Shown piece by piece: positions 50,004 through 60,852 of a stretch of 64,000 bases of DNA. Both the position numbers and the translations under genes were made by a program. The stretch lies in IMG/VR virus record IMGVR_UViG_3300033150_001234, positions 1 to 64,000 of that record, one strand, 5' to 3'. Source of the DNA: a virus. Within the stretch, counting starts at the first letter, position 1; every line of letters begins with the position of its first letter. Under the pieces are notes generated by a model, which made no database searches, was not told where the DNA came from, and worked only from the letters and a program-made list of their open reading frames with translations.

Positions 50004-50710
50004 ATGGGTAAAACTAAAAGAATTACTCAAGTGGATTACACGATTACACTAGAAGACGGAAAGGATTATATCATAAAACCTTTGAGTTTAGTAGAAGTTA
50101 AACAATTTACTTCACAATTAAAGGGATTAGATAAACTATCCGCAGATACAGACCTTGAGGAAATTCCAGGATTGATGGATAAACTAATCAAGGTCTGTTC
50201 TACTATTTTAGTGAAATCTAATAAGCAGTTAACAGAGGAAATAGTAGGTAAATTAGTTGCAGTTGCAGATATTAAAAGTATTTTAGCTGTTGGACTCGGA
50301 GGAAGTGTTGAAACCGAGGAAGATGCTGAAATATAATGGAATTTTCACATGATTTTGAAGTAATTGATATTTTAGCAAGTGAATATGGTTGGAGTATAGA
50401 TTATATTCAAGAATTAGATATCAATGAAATTCAAGGTTTGATTCAAGAAATTAATACAAGGAACGTAGAGCATTATAAAATGTTATCCTATATTTCTGTT
50501 TTAGCATTTTCAGGTAAAACAATAGATAGTATTTTAAATGTTCAACCTGTAATAAATAAAGAGGTAGTCGAAAGTAAAGAAGATAAAGAAAAAATAGACA
50601 AGCGACGTGAAAAACAACAGGAACAAATGATGATTAAATTATTTACATCTTTAGGAATGAAACCAAAAAAACTTAAAGAAAGTTTAGATAAAGGGAAGTT
50701 GGAAATATAA
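50004..50710 (+). CDS. Two tail assembly chaperones (50004-50336, 50336-50710)
   Basis: Synteny before tape measure; LASEYGWSIDYI..L motif in the second. Confidence 0.7.
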
Positions 50711-52830
50711 TGCGCGTAGGAGAAATCCAGGTAATCTTAAAATTAGCATATAGAGGTTTTCAATCAGCCTTAAGAGGAATTAGAGGTCAAATTCTTTCCT
50801 TTAAAAATTCTATAACTTCTTTAGGAAGAGGTATCAGTCGTATATTTAGTAGTTTATTCAGAGTTATACGTAATGTGGGTATAGTGGCGGGTATAGCTTT
50901 TGGTGCGATGATTATAGCAGGGGCAAGATTTGAAGATGCTATGAATAGAACCTTCGCCATTATATCAGGTGGTTCTAAAATGGCAGCTGCGGGTATGTCT
51001 GCTTTGACAGAGGAAGCAAGAAGATTGGGTCGTGAGACATTATATTCGAGTACACAAGCAGCAAAGGGTATGCAAGTTTTAGCATTGGCAGGTTTTAATA
51101 CCAGAGAGATTTTAAAAACTATAGGACCCGTTTTAAATATGGCTATAGTAGGTAACATTGAATTAGCAGAGGCATCTTCAATAGCTATTACTGCTTTAAG
51201 GTCATTCCAAATGGATGCGAGTAAGACAGTAAGAGTATCTGATATTCTGGCAAAAGCAGCTGTATCTGCTAACATAACTATAAGCTCCTTAGGAGAGTCA
51301 TTGAAATATTCAGCAGCAGTGGCAAATGCAGCAGGGTGGTCAATAGAAGAATTAACAGCGGCTATAGGTCAAATGGGTAATGCAGGTTTTCAAGGTTCCA
51401 TGGCAGGTTCATCATTAAGAAGAGCTATTTCAATGATGTTAAGTCCAACTTCTCAGGCGCAAAAAATAATGAACAAGTTGGGATTAACCTTTACAGATTC
51501 TACGGGTAAATTAAAACCGTTCGTAGAGATAATAAGTGCTTTAGAAGTAGCAGGTATTGGCGCTGCAGATATGTTTAAACTATTTGGATTAAGGGCAGCA
51601 CCAGCAATGACGGCAGTAGTATCTATGGGAGTAGGTAGCTTAACAAAATTACAGAAAAAATTAGAAGATTCAGCAGGTACTGCAGATAAAATGAGTCAAA
51701 AATTTAGAGAAACAATAGTTGGAAGATTTAAGGATTTAATGGCTACGGTAAATGAGTTAGCCATTACATTTACAAAAGCTTTTGGTACATCTATAGCAGA
51801 TGCATTATTTGGTATGAGGAATTGGTTAAATGAAATCAATGACGCCATACAAGCACACGGTAGATTAGCAAAGATAATTGATTCTCTTAAAGAAGGTCTA
51901 AGTCCGTTAACGGAAAAATTCAAAGAACTGGGACAAAGTATGATAGACTGGATTAAGGATGCAGACTTTGATGCAATATCAAAGAGTATTAAAGAATTTG
52001 TAGCTAGTGCAATGACTAGTGTAGCAAAGCTTATAGAATTTCTCAAGGATGTAGAGTGGGGAGCATTATTTAAAGGACTCGCAGGCGCAGTACAATTTAT
52101 ATCAGATACTTTTTTGAATATACAAACAGCAGTAGAGAAATTTTCCAAATATATTTCAGAAGATTTACCCACAAGTTTAGCGGCCGGATTTGCTAAATCC
52201 TTTAATATAATAGTGCAAGGTTTAACCAAGATACAAAGATTTATTTTACCATTTTTAAAATTACCTATACCTCAATTAGTAAGTAAAGAATCTGCAGGGC
52301 AGTATGGTGAAACAGAAATTTCTACGCCCAGAGGAAAAGGTAAGTTGCCGAAAGGAATGCACGAAAGAGATGATGTAATAGGTAATATGCCAGCAGGCTT
52401 ACCTGGGGGGATGTCAGATATAGGAGGAGTATTAGGTAATTTTAAAAAAAATTTAGTAGAATTAAATGGTGAAATTACTAATTTAGCAGGTACATTAAAA
52501 GTAACTAAAGCACCCATCACCGAGAGTATCAAGCGTCAACTAACACCCGAAGAAGAATTCAGTAAAAGAACAGGATTAGGCTCCCCGGCAAGGGAGTATC
52601 TTAAGTTATTAGCCGATTCAAGTACGGAAGAAAAAGAAGTACAAGAAAGATTATTGGGGAGATGGATAGAGGGACGTAAGGGAATAATAGACATAAATCA
52701 AAAAATAATAGATGAAATAATTAGAATGAATGAAGCTATTGCGACAAACACTCAACAAATAGGTAATGCAAAAGTAGAAGACAGAGCAAAAAATAGTAAT
52801 TATTTAAGAAATCTTAAAATAGGTGGCTAA
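50710..52830 (+). CDS. Tape measure protein (TP901 core family)
   Basis: T.YS..QAA.GM..LALAGF, LGESLKY, G.QGS.AG..LR, LFG.RA. Confidence 0.92.
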   Translation: MRVGEIQVILKLAYRGFQSALRGIRGQILSFKNSITSLGRGISRIFSSLFRVIRNVGIVAGIAFGAMIIAGARFEDAMNRTFAIISGGSKMAAAGMSALTEEARRLGRETLYSSTQAAKGMQVLALAGFNTREILKTIGPVLNMAIVGNIELAEASSIAITALRSFQMDASKTVRVSDILAKAAVSANITISSLGESLKYSAAVANAAGWSIEELTAAIGQMGNAGFQGSMAGSSLRRAISMMLSPTSQAQKIMNKLGLTFTDSTGKLKPFVEIISALEVAGIGAADMFKLFGLRAAPAMTAVVSMGVGSLTKLQKKLEDSAGTADKMSQKFRETIVGRFKDLMATVNELAITFTKAFGTSIADALFGMRNWLNEINDAIQAHGRLAKIIDSLKEGLSPLTEKFKELGQSMIDWIKDADFDAISKSIKEFVASAMTSVAKLIEFLKDVEWGALFKGLAGAVQFISDTFLNIQTAVEKFSKYISEDLPTSLAAGFAKSFNIIVQGLTKIQRFILPFLKLPIPQLVSKESAGQYGETEISTPRGKGKLPKGMHERDDVIGNMPAGLPGGMSDIGGVLGNFKKNLVELNGEITNLAGTLKVTKAPITESIKRQLTPEEEFSKRTGLGSPAREYLKLLADSSTEEKEVQERLLGRWIEGRKGIIDINQKIIDEIIRMNEAIATNTQQIGNAKVEDRAKNSNYLRNLKIGG

Positions 52831-53769
52831 ATGGCAAACCCAAATTTGGAAATGTTTCGCAGTGATACTCTAGCAGAAGTAGGTACTTCAGTAGTACCAA
52901 TTGATTTTGGATTATGTGATGCAGGAGAAGAAACTTTATTGGCATACGATATCTTACTTTATAATGATAAAACGGGTGCATTAGGTTCAGAAGATGCTAA
53001 AAGTATTGAAATAGAATTATTAAGAATGATTATAGAACAAAATGAAACAGGTGACGGTACTGCAAGTCAAACACATACATTAGTATATATTCCAGTGATT
53101 AGTGGTACAGACGAGGTAACAGTAGACGGCACTGAGTGGAGAAGAGTAACAAGTTTTGCAGGTCTTGGTGCGAGTGATAAAGTGTATACGCTTAATTATA
53201 CTACGGGTGTAATATTATTTGGAAATGGTGTAGAAGGTGAGAAACCAGGTGCAGGAGAGGCAATAGTAATTAGTTACACACCTGATTTGAATACTTATGG
53301 GAAAACAATTTACACTGATAAATGGATTTCAGTAAAATCAGATGGTGTAGTGCAGGTTGAATTACATATCGGGGCAGTTACTCCAGAACATTCAGCTAAA
53401 ATAGATAATGATAATATACAAGTTTTACATTATCCAGGATTAACAGATGTAGTGGGTGTTTGGGATAATGCTAGTAAAACAGGTACTAACTATTATACAA
53501 GCGGTTCATATGATTCAGATACTGGAATTATAACTCTAGGTGCTTCTTTAGTAGGAGCAGATGCCTATACAGAGTATAAATATGAAATAAAAGATGATAA
53601 CGAAGGAGTTTATTCTGCCATAGGTAATGGGGATAAACATAGTTTTGATAATAGAATACCAAGTAAAAATGCTAAAAAATTATCTTTTAAAGTAGACGTA
53701 CCTACAACTGCAAGTACTGAGGGTGGTTCATATTTAAAAGCAATTTTTAGAATACTTTATAGTTTTTAA
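52831..53769 (+). CDS. Tail/baseplate protein with wedge-like FGxG..G..P motif
   Basis: VDG.EW.RV.SF...G.ILFGNGVEGEKP. Confidence 0.6.
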   Translation: MANPNLEMFRSDTLAEVGTSVVPIDFGLCDAGEETLLAYDILLYNDKTGALGSEDAKSIEIELLRMIIEQNETGDGTASQTHTLVYIPVISGTDEVTVDGTEWRRVTSFAGLGASDKVYTLNYTTGVILFGNGVEGEKPGAGEAIVISYTPDLNTYGKTIYTDKWISVKSDGVVQVELHIGAVTPEHSAKIDNDNIQVLHYPGLTDVVGVWDNASKTGTNYYTSGSYDSDTGIITLGASLVGADAYTEYKYEIKDDNEGVYSAIGNGDKHSFDNRIPSKNAKKLSFKVDVPTTASTEGGSYLKAIFRILYSF

Positions 53770-53796
53770 AACGTTAAAATAAAGAGGTGAGAAATA

Positions 53797-54756
53797 ATGC
53801 CAGCAGTACATGCATTTTCAGAAAGTAATGGTGCAGGAGAAGTTGTACAGGATAGTATATCTAATCTTAATATGGGTGATAATGATTCATATGAGATAGT
53901 GGTAGCAACTCATCCAGTATTAGCAAGTGAAAATACTTATGAAAAATATATTAGGGCTAAGTTTAGCGGTACCTTTACTGAGATATCTAATATGAAGTTT
54001 TGGAAGTCTAGTGGTGCATATTTAACAGGTGAATTAATTAAAGCAGCTGCAAATGTAGTATATACACAACCAGTAAAAACGAATTCAACAGTAGCTACGG
54101 TAGATATTCCTATAATTGAAGGTTCAGCTTTAAGTATTCAATCTGCAGCAGGTACAGCTACTATAGTAGCAACAGGTTATACTAAGTATATATGTTTACA
54201 ATTACAGACAACGGTAAGTACACCATCAGGTGATTTGAATCAAAAAGTATTTTTATTTCAGTATGATGAGGTGTAAAAGTTATTTTAATTCAATAAAATA
54301 AAAAATAGGAGATTTAATACAATGAGTCTTTTAAACATCGATAGTAAGAAACCGGAATTACAAATACATTGGGAAGCTATTTTTGCAGATGGTTCTTCTA
54401 TATCCCAATTTAAAAATGGAGAAGAAAATCTATTTAAAGAAGTACAAAATAAATATGATAGTCTTCTCTATTTTTCTTTAATTCATAAATCTAAACCTGT
54501 TAAAATTACTGTAGACCTTAAACAAGGTATTATATCTTTAAATCAGGCTACTCAGTTAGAAGATGTTTTAGTTATTGGTAAAAATAATACTAGACTTATA
54601 TATTTTAGAAGAAATAGAGTTAAATTAACAAATAGTGAAATAATTAATCATGAAATTATATATTTTTTAGGTTATCAATATTTAGATTCGAACGGAAGAA
54701 ATAAGAAAGTAATCTTACAAATAACCCAAGATGGAAAGATTGTAATAGGTGGATAG
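53797..54756 (+). CDS. Two tail-region proteins (53797-54276, 54322-54756)
   Basis: RBSs present; YEKYIR...FQYDE in the first; LIYFRR...YFLGYQ in the second. Confidence 0.6.
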
Positions 54757-54805
54757 AATGTTAAACAAAATTGCTATTAATATAGTATATTATGGAGTAT
54801 AATAA

Positions 54806-56929
54806 ATGAGTGAACAAAAAACTATAAACTCAGATAGTAGAATTTATGTACAAGAACAAAAAACAATAAATTCTAATACTTTTATAAGGTATAAAAAGGA
54901 TTTTTACGCACGTGTAGAAGTAGAGAATACTAGTCAAAAAGATTTTTATAATCAATTAAAGGTAAACCAGCCTACCCCTACAGATATATTAGGATTAACA
55001 GCTACGGACCCTGAAACAGGCGATTCAATAATTTTAGATTGGAATGACGATTCTAATTACGGTTATAATATATATAAGGATGTAGGTGCAGTTTGGGTAA
55101 AACAAAATGAAACAGTATTACAAACAAATAGTTGCGCTATAGGTAGTTTAACAACAGGTATTCAATATACTTTTCAAGTAAGGGCGGTAAATGGTGCAGG
55201 AAGTGAAAGTTCAGGGGTAACTATTACAGGTACAGCCTATCCAAATGATACTCAGCCTTCATTTGATATGTCACACTATACGGGGGCTGATTTTACAATT
55301 GGTATAGATGGAGTAGAACAAACGGATGCTGTTTTAGAAAAAGTAGAATTGGTTTACGGTACTTCATTATCAAATGCAAGTTTTTACATACCTAAAAATC
55401 CAACTACTCCAGGGTTACCCGAAGCTACTAGACAAGAGGTTATAGTTTATATCAGAGGTAGAAAAGTATTTACGGGATTATTAATTTCCCGAGGTAATAA
55501 TTATGATTCAACTTCTTTAAGAGTTAATTATGTAGCAGTAGATAAAAGATATGAAGAAACATTATATTCTATGGGTATAGACGTAACTATGCCAACAGGT
55601 TATCCAGAAGATTTATGGGACCCAGTTCAAGCAGCAGATTTAACGGGTTTAAATTATAGGGCTTTTGGATTAAAGTACAAGGGAAATTATAAAATATATT
55701 GTGATGAAAATGGTAATATAGGTTATTATGAGATAGGTAAACCAATAACTGTACGTACTTTTGAAGTAGGTAAACATATTTTAAAATCTAATATTAAAAC
55801 CGATTGGTCAAATCCTCCGAAACAAGTTACGGTATATAGTGCAGAAACTCAAAAAACAGTATATAAATCTTGGGCTAAATCAGGTAATACTAAAAGTATA
55901 AGTGCAAAAGATATTTCAAATGTACAAGTATTTGCAAAAATAAATAATAAACCTCAAGTAGTTAGTTATTTAGAAGATATAGAAGTATTACCAGGACATA
56001 TAGAAAATATATACGGTAGTTTTAAATTTACATCTCCTTCAATTACTATTAGACAATTTGGAGAAACTCAAACGGAATATGAAACACGTGTAGCAGAATC
56101 AGAAGCAGATAAAGTACAAGTAAGATGGGGTGACGGCGGTTCTGATGGTAGGCATCCAATATCGAGTTATTCGTCTTATTTTAGTTCTTGGCAACCAGTA
56201 AGTGCTAAAATAGAATACGATGAAGATGGTGATGGTTGTACAATTGAAGTTTCACCTACACCTAAGAAATGGCATAAAAATGTTCAAAGTGGTACAGTTA
56301 AATTTATTACAATGGATGGAGATACTCCCGTAAATACTTATTTATATGTAAATATTTGGAATGAACCTTATTGGTCAACTGCAGTTAAAAAAGTAGTTTA
56401 TACTTATAAAACAACTCGCAGGTCAAAACAAGCAGGAAGCGGTATAGCTACAAAGACAATACATGAAAATATAGTTCCAGCATTTATAAATGTTCCGAGT
56501 GATATACCGTACCAATATGAATCAGATAATAATTATGATACAGTTGATATTTATTTACAAAATAGGGCAGACATAGAAGCTGCGAAATCGGCTTCAGGTA
56601 CAACTAAGGGAACTATGACTGTTTTAGGAGATGAAACCTTGAATTTAAGAATGAAAGTAAACGGGTTAGAAGTAGTAAAAGTGGTACATGATTTTTCAAG
56701 TGGTTTAGGATATGTATGTCATTTAGATTTAACAGATGAAGCATTTTATCCCGGTGTAATTGCATACATTGGAGATGAACTTGAGGTACATAAAAATAAT
56801 GAAGTTACAAATAATAGTTTTATAACTACGTATCAATATAATCAAAAGAAAATAGAAGCAATAGTAGGTGAACAATTAAGTGACCAGGGGGATGACCCTA
56901 AAGCAGGTATAGCTCATTATGCAGATTAA
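54806..56929 (+). CDS. Tail tip/hub protein with fibronectin type III domain
   Basis: LDW...YGYNIY...LTTG.QYTFQVRAVN.AG.ES; KVFTG, VVKVVHDF. Confidence 0.7.
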   Translation: MSEQKTINSDSRIYVQEQKTINSNTFIRYKKDFYARVEVENTSQKDFYNQLKVNQPTPTDILGLTATDPETGDSIILDWNDDSNYGYNIYKDVGAVWVKQNETVLQTNSCAIGSLTTGIQYTFQVRAVNGAGSESSGVTITGTAYPNDTQPSFDMSHYTGADFTIGIDGVEQTDAVLEKVELVYGTSLSNASFYIPKNPTTPGLPEATRQEVIVYIRGRKVFTGLLISRGNNYDSTSLRVNYVAVDKRYEETLYSMGIDVTMPTGYPEDLWDPVQAADLTGLNYRAFGLKYKGNYKIYCDENGNIGYYEIGKPITVRTFEVGKHILKSNIKTDWSNPPKQVTVYSAETQKTVYKSWAKSGNTKSISAKDISNVQVFAKINNKPQVVSYLEDIEVLPGHIENIYGSFKFTSPSITIRQFGETQTEYETRVAESEADKVQVRWGDGGSDGRHPISSYSSYFSSWQPVSAKIEYDEDGDGCTIEVSPTPKKWHKNVQSGTVKFITMDGDTPVNTYLYVNIWNEPYWSTAVKKVVYTYKTTRRSKQAGSGIATKTIHENIVPAFINVPSDIPYQYESDNNYDTVDIYLQNRADIEAAKSASGTTKGTMTVLGDETLNLRMKVNGLEVVKVVHDFSSGLGYVCHLDLTDEAFYPGVIAYIGDELEVHKNNEVTNNSFITTYQYNQKKIEAIVGEQLSDQGDDPKAGIAHYAD

Positions 56930-56937
56930 GGAAAAAT

Positions 56938-59415
56938 ATGGCAAAATGTCCAATTTGTAAAAATACAATAAATAATATTAGAGGTTTACGGGGAGAAGAT
57001 GGTTTAGATGAAAACGGTGACCCAATACCTTTTTGGACAGACGACCCAATATTAACACAACGGGGTTTAGCAGGAAATGATTATAAAGGAAAGAATCCTG
57101 CAAGATGGGTACACATAATAGAATTACAAAATTATTATGCTGAATTAGAAATTCTTTTAGGTATAACCCCTACTACTTGGTTAGATATTTCAAATGCAGA
57201 ACCTTTAAGACACGCACATATAGTGCAGTTAAGAATAGCAGTAGAGTTTATTTTAACACATCTAGGTAAAACTATTGCAGATTATTTTAAGTATGATAGA
57301 CAAGGAGGTGAAGTAACTACAACTCAAAGTGATTGGACAGATGTAGATAGAAGTGGCAGCGGAAGTTACCCTGTGTTACTGGGTAATGTACCAATAAGGG
57401 CTTTACATATAGAAGAACTTAGAAGGGGAATGCTAACTATGCCTAACGCTATTATAATGGCGTTTGATAATGCATTAGGTCAAAATGTATATGCCAACTA
57501 CTCTACAGGAGCTACCCCGTTTTTTATAAACACAGATACTTTAAACGCATTCGACTTAGATGATATGCGTTATGTAGAAATACATAAATTTCAACATGAT
57601 AAAATATCTATTTTTGAAGGTCCATTCTTTTCCTGGTTATCTAATGATGAGTTAACTCTTACAGATTCTTGGAGTGAGCATATGACGGAAACCACAAATT
57701 TTATGCCTCTAAGTTACTATTATGAATCTGGCGGCGTATGGTACTACAATTACTCCTATGAAAACCATTGGATTTCTACCGAACCTATAAGTAGTGAGGC
57801 AGATGAAGAAGAACATGATTACGTATTTTATGGTGCATCTAGAGATTTTGGTGGTAACTATGTAGATAAATTTACTTGTCCCTGGAAGAAGAATATAGGA
57901 ACTAGTGATGGTTCACCTACACAAGTTTTTCCTACTAGTAGAACGTATCCAGCGTTACTACCTGAAGTTTCTTATCCAATAACTTTTAATAACACTGAAA
58001 TGTATATTTATGTAGATGGAGTATTATGGGAGAGAGTAGATAGTTTTGACGGACAAGATTGGGATGCTAAAGTATGTACAATATCAACAGCAGTAGTAGC
58101 TAGGGTAGGTACAGCCACTATAACTTTTGGTGATGGCGAAAGTGAAACGGGTAACGGTTTAATACCCCCAAATGGAGTTAGTATAGTAATCGAGTTTGCA
58201 ATAGGAGTTTCAATACTTTGGGAGCACGAAGCTAAGGTACTAGATACTATAACCAATAGTCAGTATACAAAAATGACTTCAGTAGATGGGGTTAGGAATT
58301 CTTTATTTGTAAATCTAAATGACCCTTACCATATGAATATAACGGCAAATGCTGATTTAGATATATACCATGACCGAATGGAGATAACTCTTAGAGACCA
58401 AGTCAAAACAGGTACATTTACCAATCCAAATATATATGCTAGGGAATACGGTAGTATTAATGATTTCGATAGTGCTTGGGGAAATAAGACTATTACTAAT
58501 AGCCATTCTTATAGGAGACAATATTGGTTCGATGTTTATAATTCATTATTTGGGGAATTTCATCTTACACATCCAACTGCTACTATGAGTCCGGTTATTA
58601 AAGAATTTACTTGTAGTCGAGTAGTAGGAACTCCAACCGTAGAACATAGCAACATTAAAATTACCCAATTGCCCTACAATATAAGTGGTAGTGTTGTAAC
58701 TTTTCCTTATACTATTTTTTTCGGAATTACGCAAGCAGATTGGTTAGCTAATTACGCCTACGCTAGTGAGGATTACAATAATGTTTACTATGAGAAAGAT
58801 GGCGGGGGCGATTTCGGCGGTATGACTTTAGCATTTTCTAGGAGGACATATAGATATATTCATATTTGGGGAGACTTTATTCCCGGAGCAACTGAAATTA
58901 TAGAAACTCTAACAGGTGATACCGTAACTTATCATGGTTTAGACCAAATGGTTTCCATAAATATTCCCTTCCAGGCCGGAGAAAGTTGGGATTTAGGTTC
59001 AGGATGCTACTCAACCTCAACAAGGGAATGCTTGCCTTTAACTTTTACTTGGCAAGTAGTAAATATGTGGTTTAATGATAGTTTGTATAAATATAATAGC
59101 GTGGATGATTTAACGCTACTTTCAACATTCTCAGACCTATCACAGGGTGAACAAGGATTATTTACTGCTTTTAAATCGGGTGATAGTGGGTTTAACTTGT
59201 ATGTAATCAATGCATCTGCAATTACTTATGATGGACATACTAAACCAACCGCAGATGATTATACTTATCTATACGTAAGTGAAGATGGAATTACTTGGAC
59301 AAATCCAGGAATATATAAAGGAAGGGCATATAGCTCAGTTCCAGTAGACTTAGGAGCGTATGTTCCTACTCTATTCATAAATAAAGCCATAACTGTGGAA
59401 GATGCTTGGGCTTAA
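56938..59415 (+). CDS. Large tail protein
   Basis: Three H I.(E/Q)L(R/Q) repeats with WTD; wedge-like VDG..W.RV.SF...FGDG..G..P motif. Confidence 0.65.
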   Translation: MAKCPICKNTINNIRGLRGEDGLDENGDPIPFWTDDPILTQRGLAGNDYKGKNPARWVHIIELQNYYAELEILLGITPTTWLDISNAEPLRHAHIVQLRIAVEFILTHLGKTIADYFKYDRQGGEVTTTQSDWTDVDRSGSGSYPVLLGNVPIRALHIEELRRGMLTMPNAIIMAFDNALGQNVYANYSTGATPFFINTDTLNAFDLDDMRYVEIHKFQHDKISIFEGPFFSWLSNDELTLTDSWSEHMTETTNFMPLSYYYESGGVWYYNYSYENHWISTEPISSEADEEEHDYVFYGASRDFGGNYVDKFTCPWKKNIGTSDGSPTQVFPTSRTYPALLPEVSYPITFNNTEMYIYVDGVLWERVDSFDGQDWDAKVCTISTAVVARVGTATITFGDGESETGNGLIPPNGVSIVIEFAIGVSILWEHEAKVLDTITNSQYTKMTSVDGVRNSLFVNLNDPYHMNITANADLDIYHDRMEITLRDQVKTGTFTNPNIYAREYGSINDFDSAWGNKTITNSHSYRRQYWFDVYNSLFGEFHLTHPTATMSPVIKEFTCSRVVGTPTVEHSNIKITQLPYNISGSVVTFPYTIFFGITQADWLANYAYASEDYNNVYYEKDGGGDFGGMTLAFSRRTYRYIHIWGDFIPGATEIIETLTGDTVTYHGLDQMVSINIPFQAGESWDLGSGCYSTSTRECLPLTFTWQVVNMWFNDSLYKYNSVDDLTLLSTFSDLSQGEQGLFTAFKSGDSGFNLYVINASAITYDGHTKPTADDYTYLYVSEDGITWTNPGIYKGRAYSSVPVDLGAYVPTLFINKAITVEDAWA

Positions 59416-59429
59416 CTTAAGGAGAAAAA

Positions 59430-60203
59430 ATGCAGAATTTTAAATTTAGTGTTGCAAAAGTAGAATTGAAACAAGGTGCAGTATCAAAAAAAGAAATAAA
59501 TTTAACTACTGATATTTCTATAGAGTATGATATGAGTACTGTAAAGAAACATGGTCAAGATGGTTTAGTACAGGATGAATTTAGTGATACCAAACAAATA
59601 AACATATCTTTAACATATGCATCAGAAGATATTGAACCTACTCTTATTGAAGATGAAGATTATGATTTACATTTTACTACTGGATTTAACGACGGTGGAA
59701 TAGCAGTTACTTTAGCAGATTGTAAATTACTTAAATATTTAGTAATACAATCTCAAAGTGGTTTTGCAATGACTAATTTAACATTTTCAAAGAAAAATGA
59801 AATGAATTCAGTAGTAGGAGCTTCTATTACAAAACAAAGAGTTAAATTTGGAAGTAACTATATTGGAGATTCTGCATATGTAAATGTTAATTATGTAGGA
59901 AACGCTCAACCCATTGTTGTACCTACTGCTTTAGGAATATTAATTCAGTCTACTTCAGATTTAGGAGGTGGACAATTAGAAGTTAGGGTTAGAGGTTATG
60001 TAAAAAAAGATACTAGATTAGAATTAGAACAATATCTTATAAATTTATATACTGCATTAGCTACGGGTTCAGGTACCTTAACAGTGGAATACGGTGCGAC
60101 CTCGTATACCATAACTAATTGTTATTGGAGAAGTGGTTCTCCCAGTATTAGTAATAAGAACTTTACAGATTTTGAATTAACGTTCATCAAGAGTGCCTAT
60201 TGA
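59430..60203 (+). CDS. Tail-tube-like two-domain protein
   Basis: N-half resembles 49541 ORF (FKFS, G.N.GG.A.T...CK). Confidence 0.5.
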   Translation: MQNFKFSVAKVELKQGAVSKKEINLTTDISIEYDMSTVKKHGQDGLVQDEFSDTKQINISLTYASEDIEPTLIEDEDYDLHFTTGFNDGGIAVTLADCKLLKYLVIQSQSGFAMTNLTFSKKNEMNSVVGASITKQRVKFGSNYIGDSAYVNVNYVGNAQPIVVPTALGILIQSTSDLGGGQLEVRVRGYVKKDTRLELEQYLINLYTALATGSGTLTVEYGATSYTITNCYWRSGSPSISNKNFTDFELTFIKSAY

Positions 60204-60217
60204 TAGTGTATAAAGGA

Positions 60218-60242
60218 AGGACGACAAAATATCGTCCTCTTT
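60218..60242 (+). terminator. Terminator ending the late operon
   Basis: AGGACGA-CAAAATA-TCGTCCT then CTTT. Confidence 0.7.
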
Positions 60243-60420
60243 GTGCGCCGAACCAACCTTCACCAAAAATAAATATTCCTCATTGTCCTAAGTTATTTAG
60301 TTTCAATGGCTTAGAGACACAATTCTTTTAACAATAAGTTGTCAATTTCCCCCAGTTATGGTATAATAGAATTGACGGTAAAGGATATGATTCAGGTCAA
60401 CAAAGGAGGTTCAAAATGAA
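60240..60420 (+). repeat. Regulatory repeat copy B (equals 7243-7388 joined to 8092-8132), promoter at 60339-60367
   Basis: Direct comparison; TTGTCA-17-(TGn)TATAAT. Confidence 0.95.
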
Positions 60421-60652
60421 AGTAAAAGCAATTAAGAAAGTAGTAGAAAAAATTAGTGAAAGATTTTTATTACCGAAACCAGTAGTAACTGCTTTTAAAA
60501 GAGATGGTGAAACACAGTTAGAATTAAGAACAGAAATTAGTGGATATGATATGGCATATAGTAATTTAATTGAAGATATTGAAAAAATTGACAAGGATTA
60601 TATTTGTGAACCTCAAGGTGGATGTGTTTACGTAGTATATAAACCTTGTTAA
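60416..60652 (+). CDS. Hypothetical early protein
   Basis: AGGAGG RBS. Confidence 0.7.
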   Translation: MKVKAIKKVVEKISERFLLPKPVVTAFKRDGETQLELRTEISGYDMAYSNLIEDIEKIDKDYICEPQGGCVYVVYKPC

Positions 60653-60664
60653 GGAGGTAATAAA

Positions 60665-60799
60665 ATGTTGAGTGTACAGGAGTGTAAAAATTGTGCAGGT
60701 ACAGGTTGGTACCCAGAGAAAGGTGAAATTATTTCTTTTAAAAATTACCGCTGTAAAAAATGTAAGGGTACAGGCAATATAATTAAAAAGAGAAAGTAA
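60665..60799 (+). CDS. DnaJ-type CxxCxGxG zinc-finger microprotein (44 aa, not in ORF track)
   Basis: CKNCAGTG and CKKCKGTG; AGGAGGT RBS. Confidence 0.75.
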   Translation: MLSVQECKNCAGTGWYPEKGEIISFKNYRCKKCKGTGNIIKKRK

Positions 60800-60802
60800 A
60801 AG

Positions 60803-60833
60803 AGTTGACAATTTTCAAAAAATATGCTATACT
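60803..60833 (+). promoter_or_regulatory. sigma70-like promoter
   Basis: TTGACA-17 nt-(TGn)TATACT. Confidence 0.82.
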
Positions 60834-60852
60834 TATATTAGAGGAGAAAAAA

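Noticed and set aside
50300-50340. Programmed -1 frameshift between tail chaperones
   Set aside because: The -1 frame has TGA at 50327-50329, just upstream of the second ATG, and no slippery heptamer; the genes are TAATG-coupled
7243-60420. Repeat pair as prophage att sites or terminal repeats
   Set aside because: Phage genes continue on both outer sides, no integrase is visible, the copies are diverged and each contains a promoter
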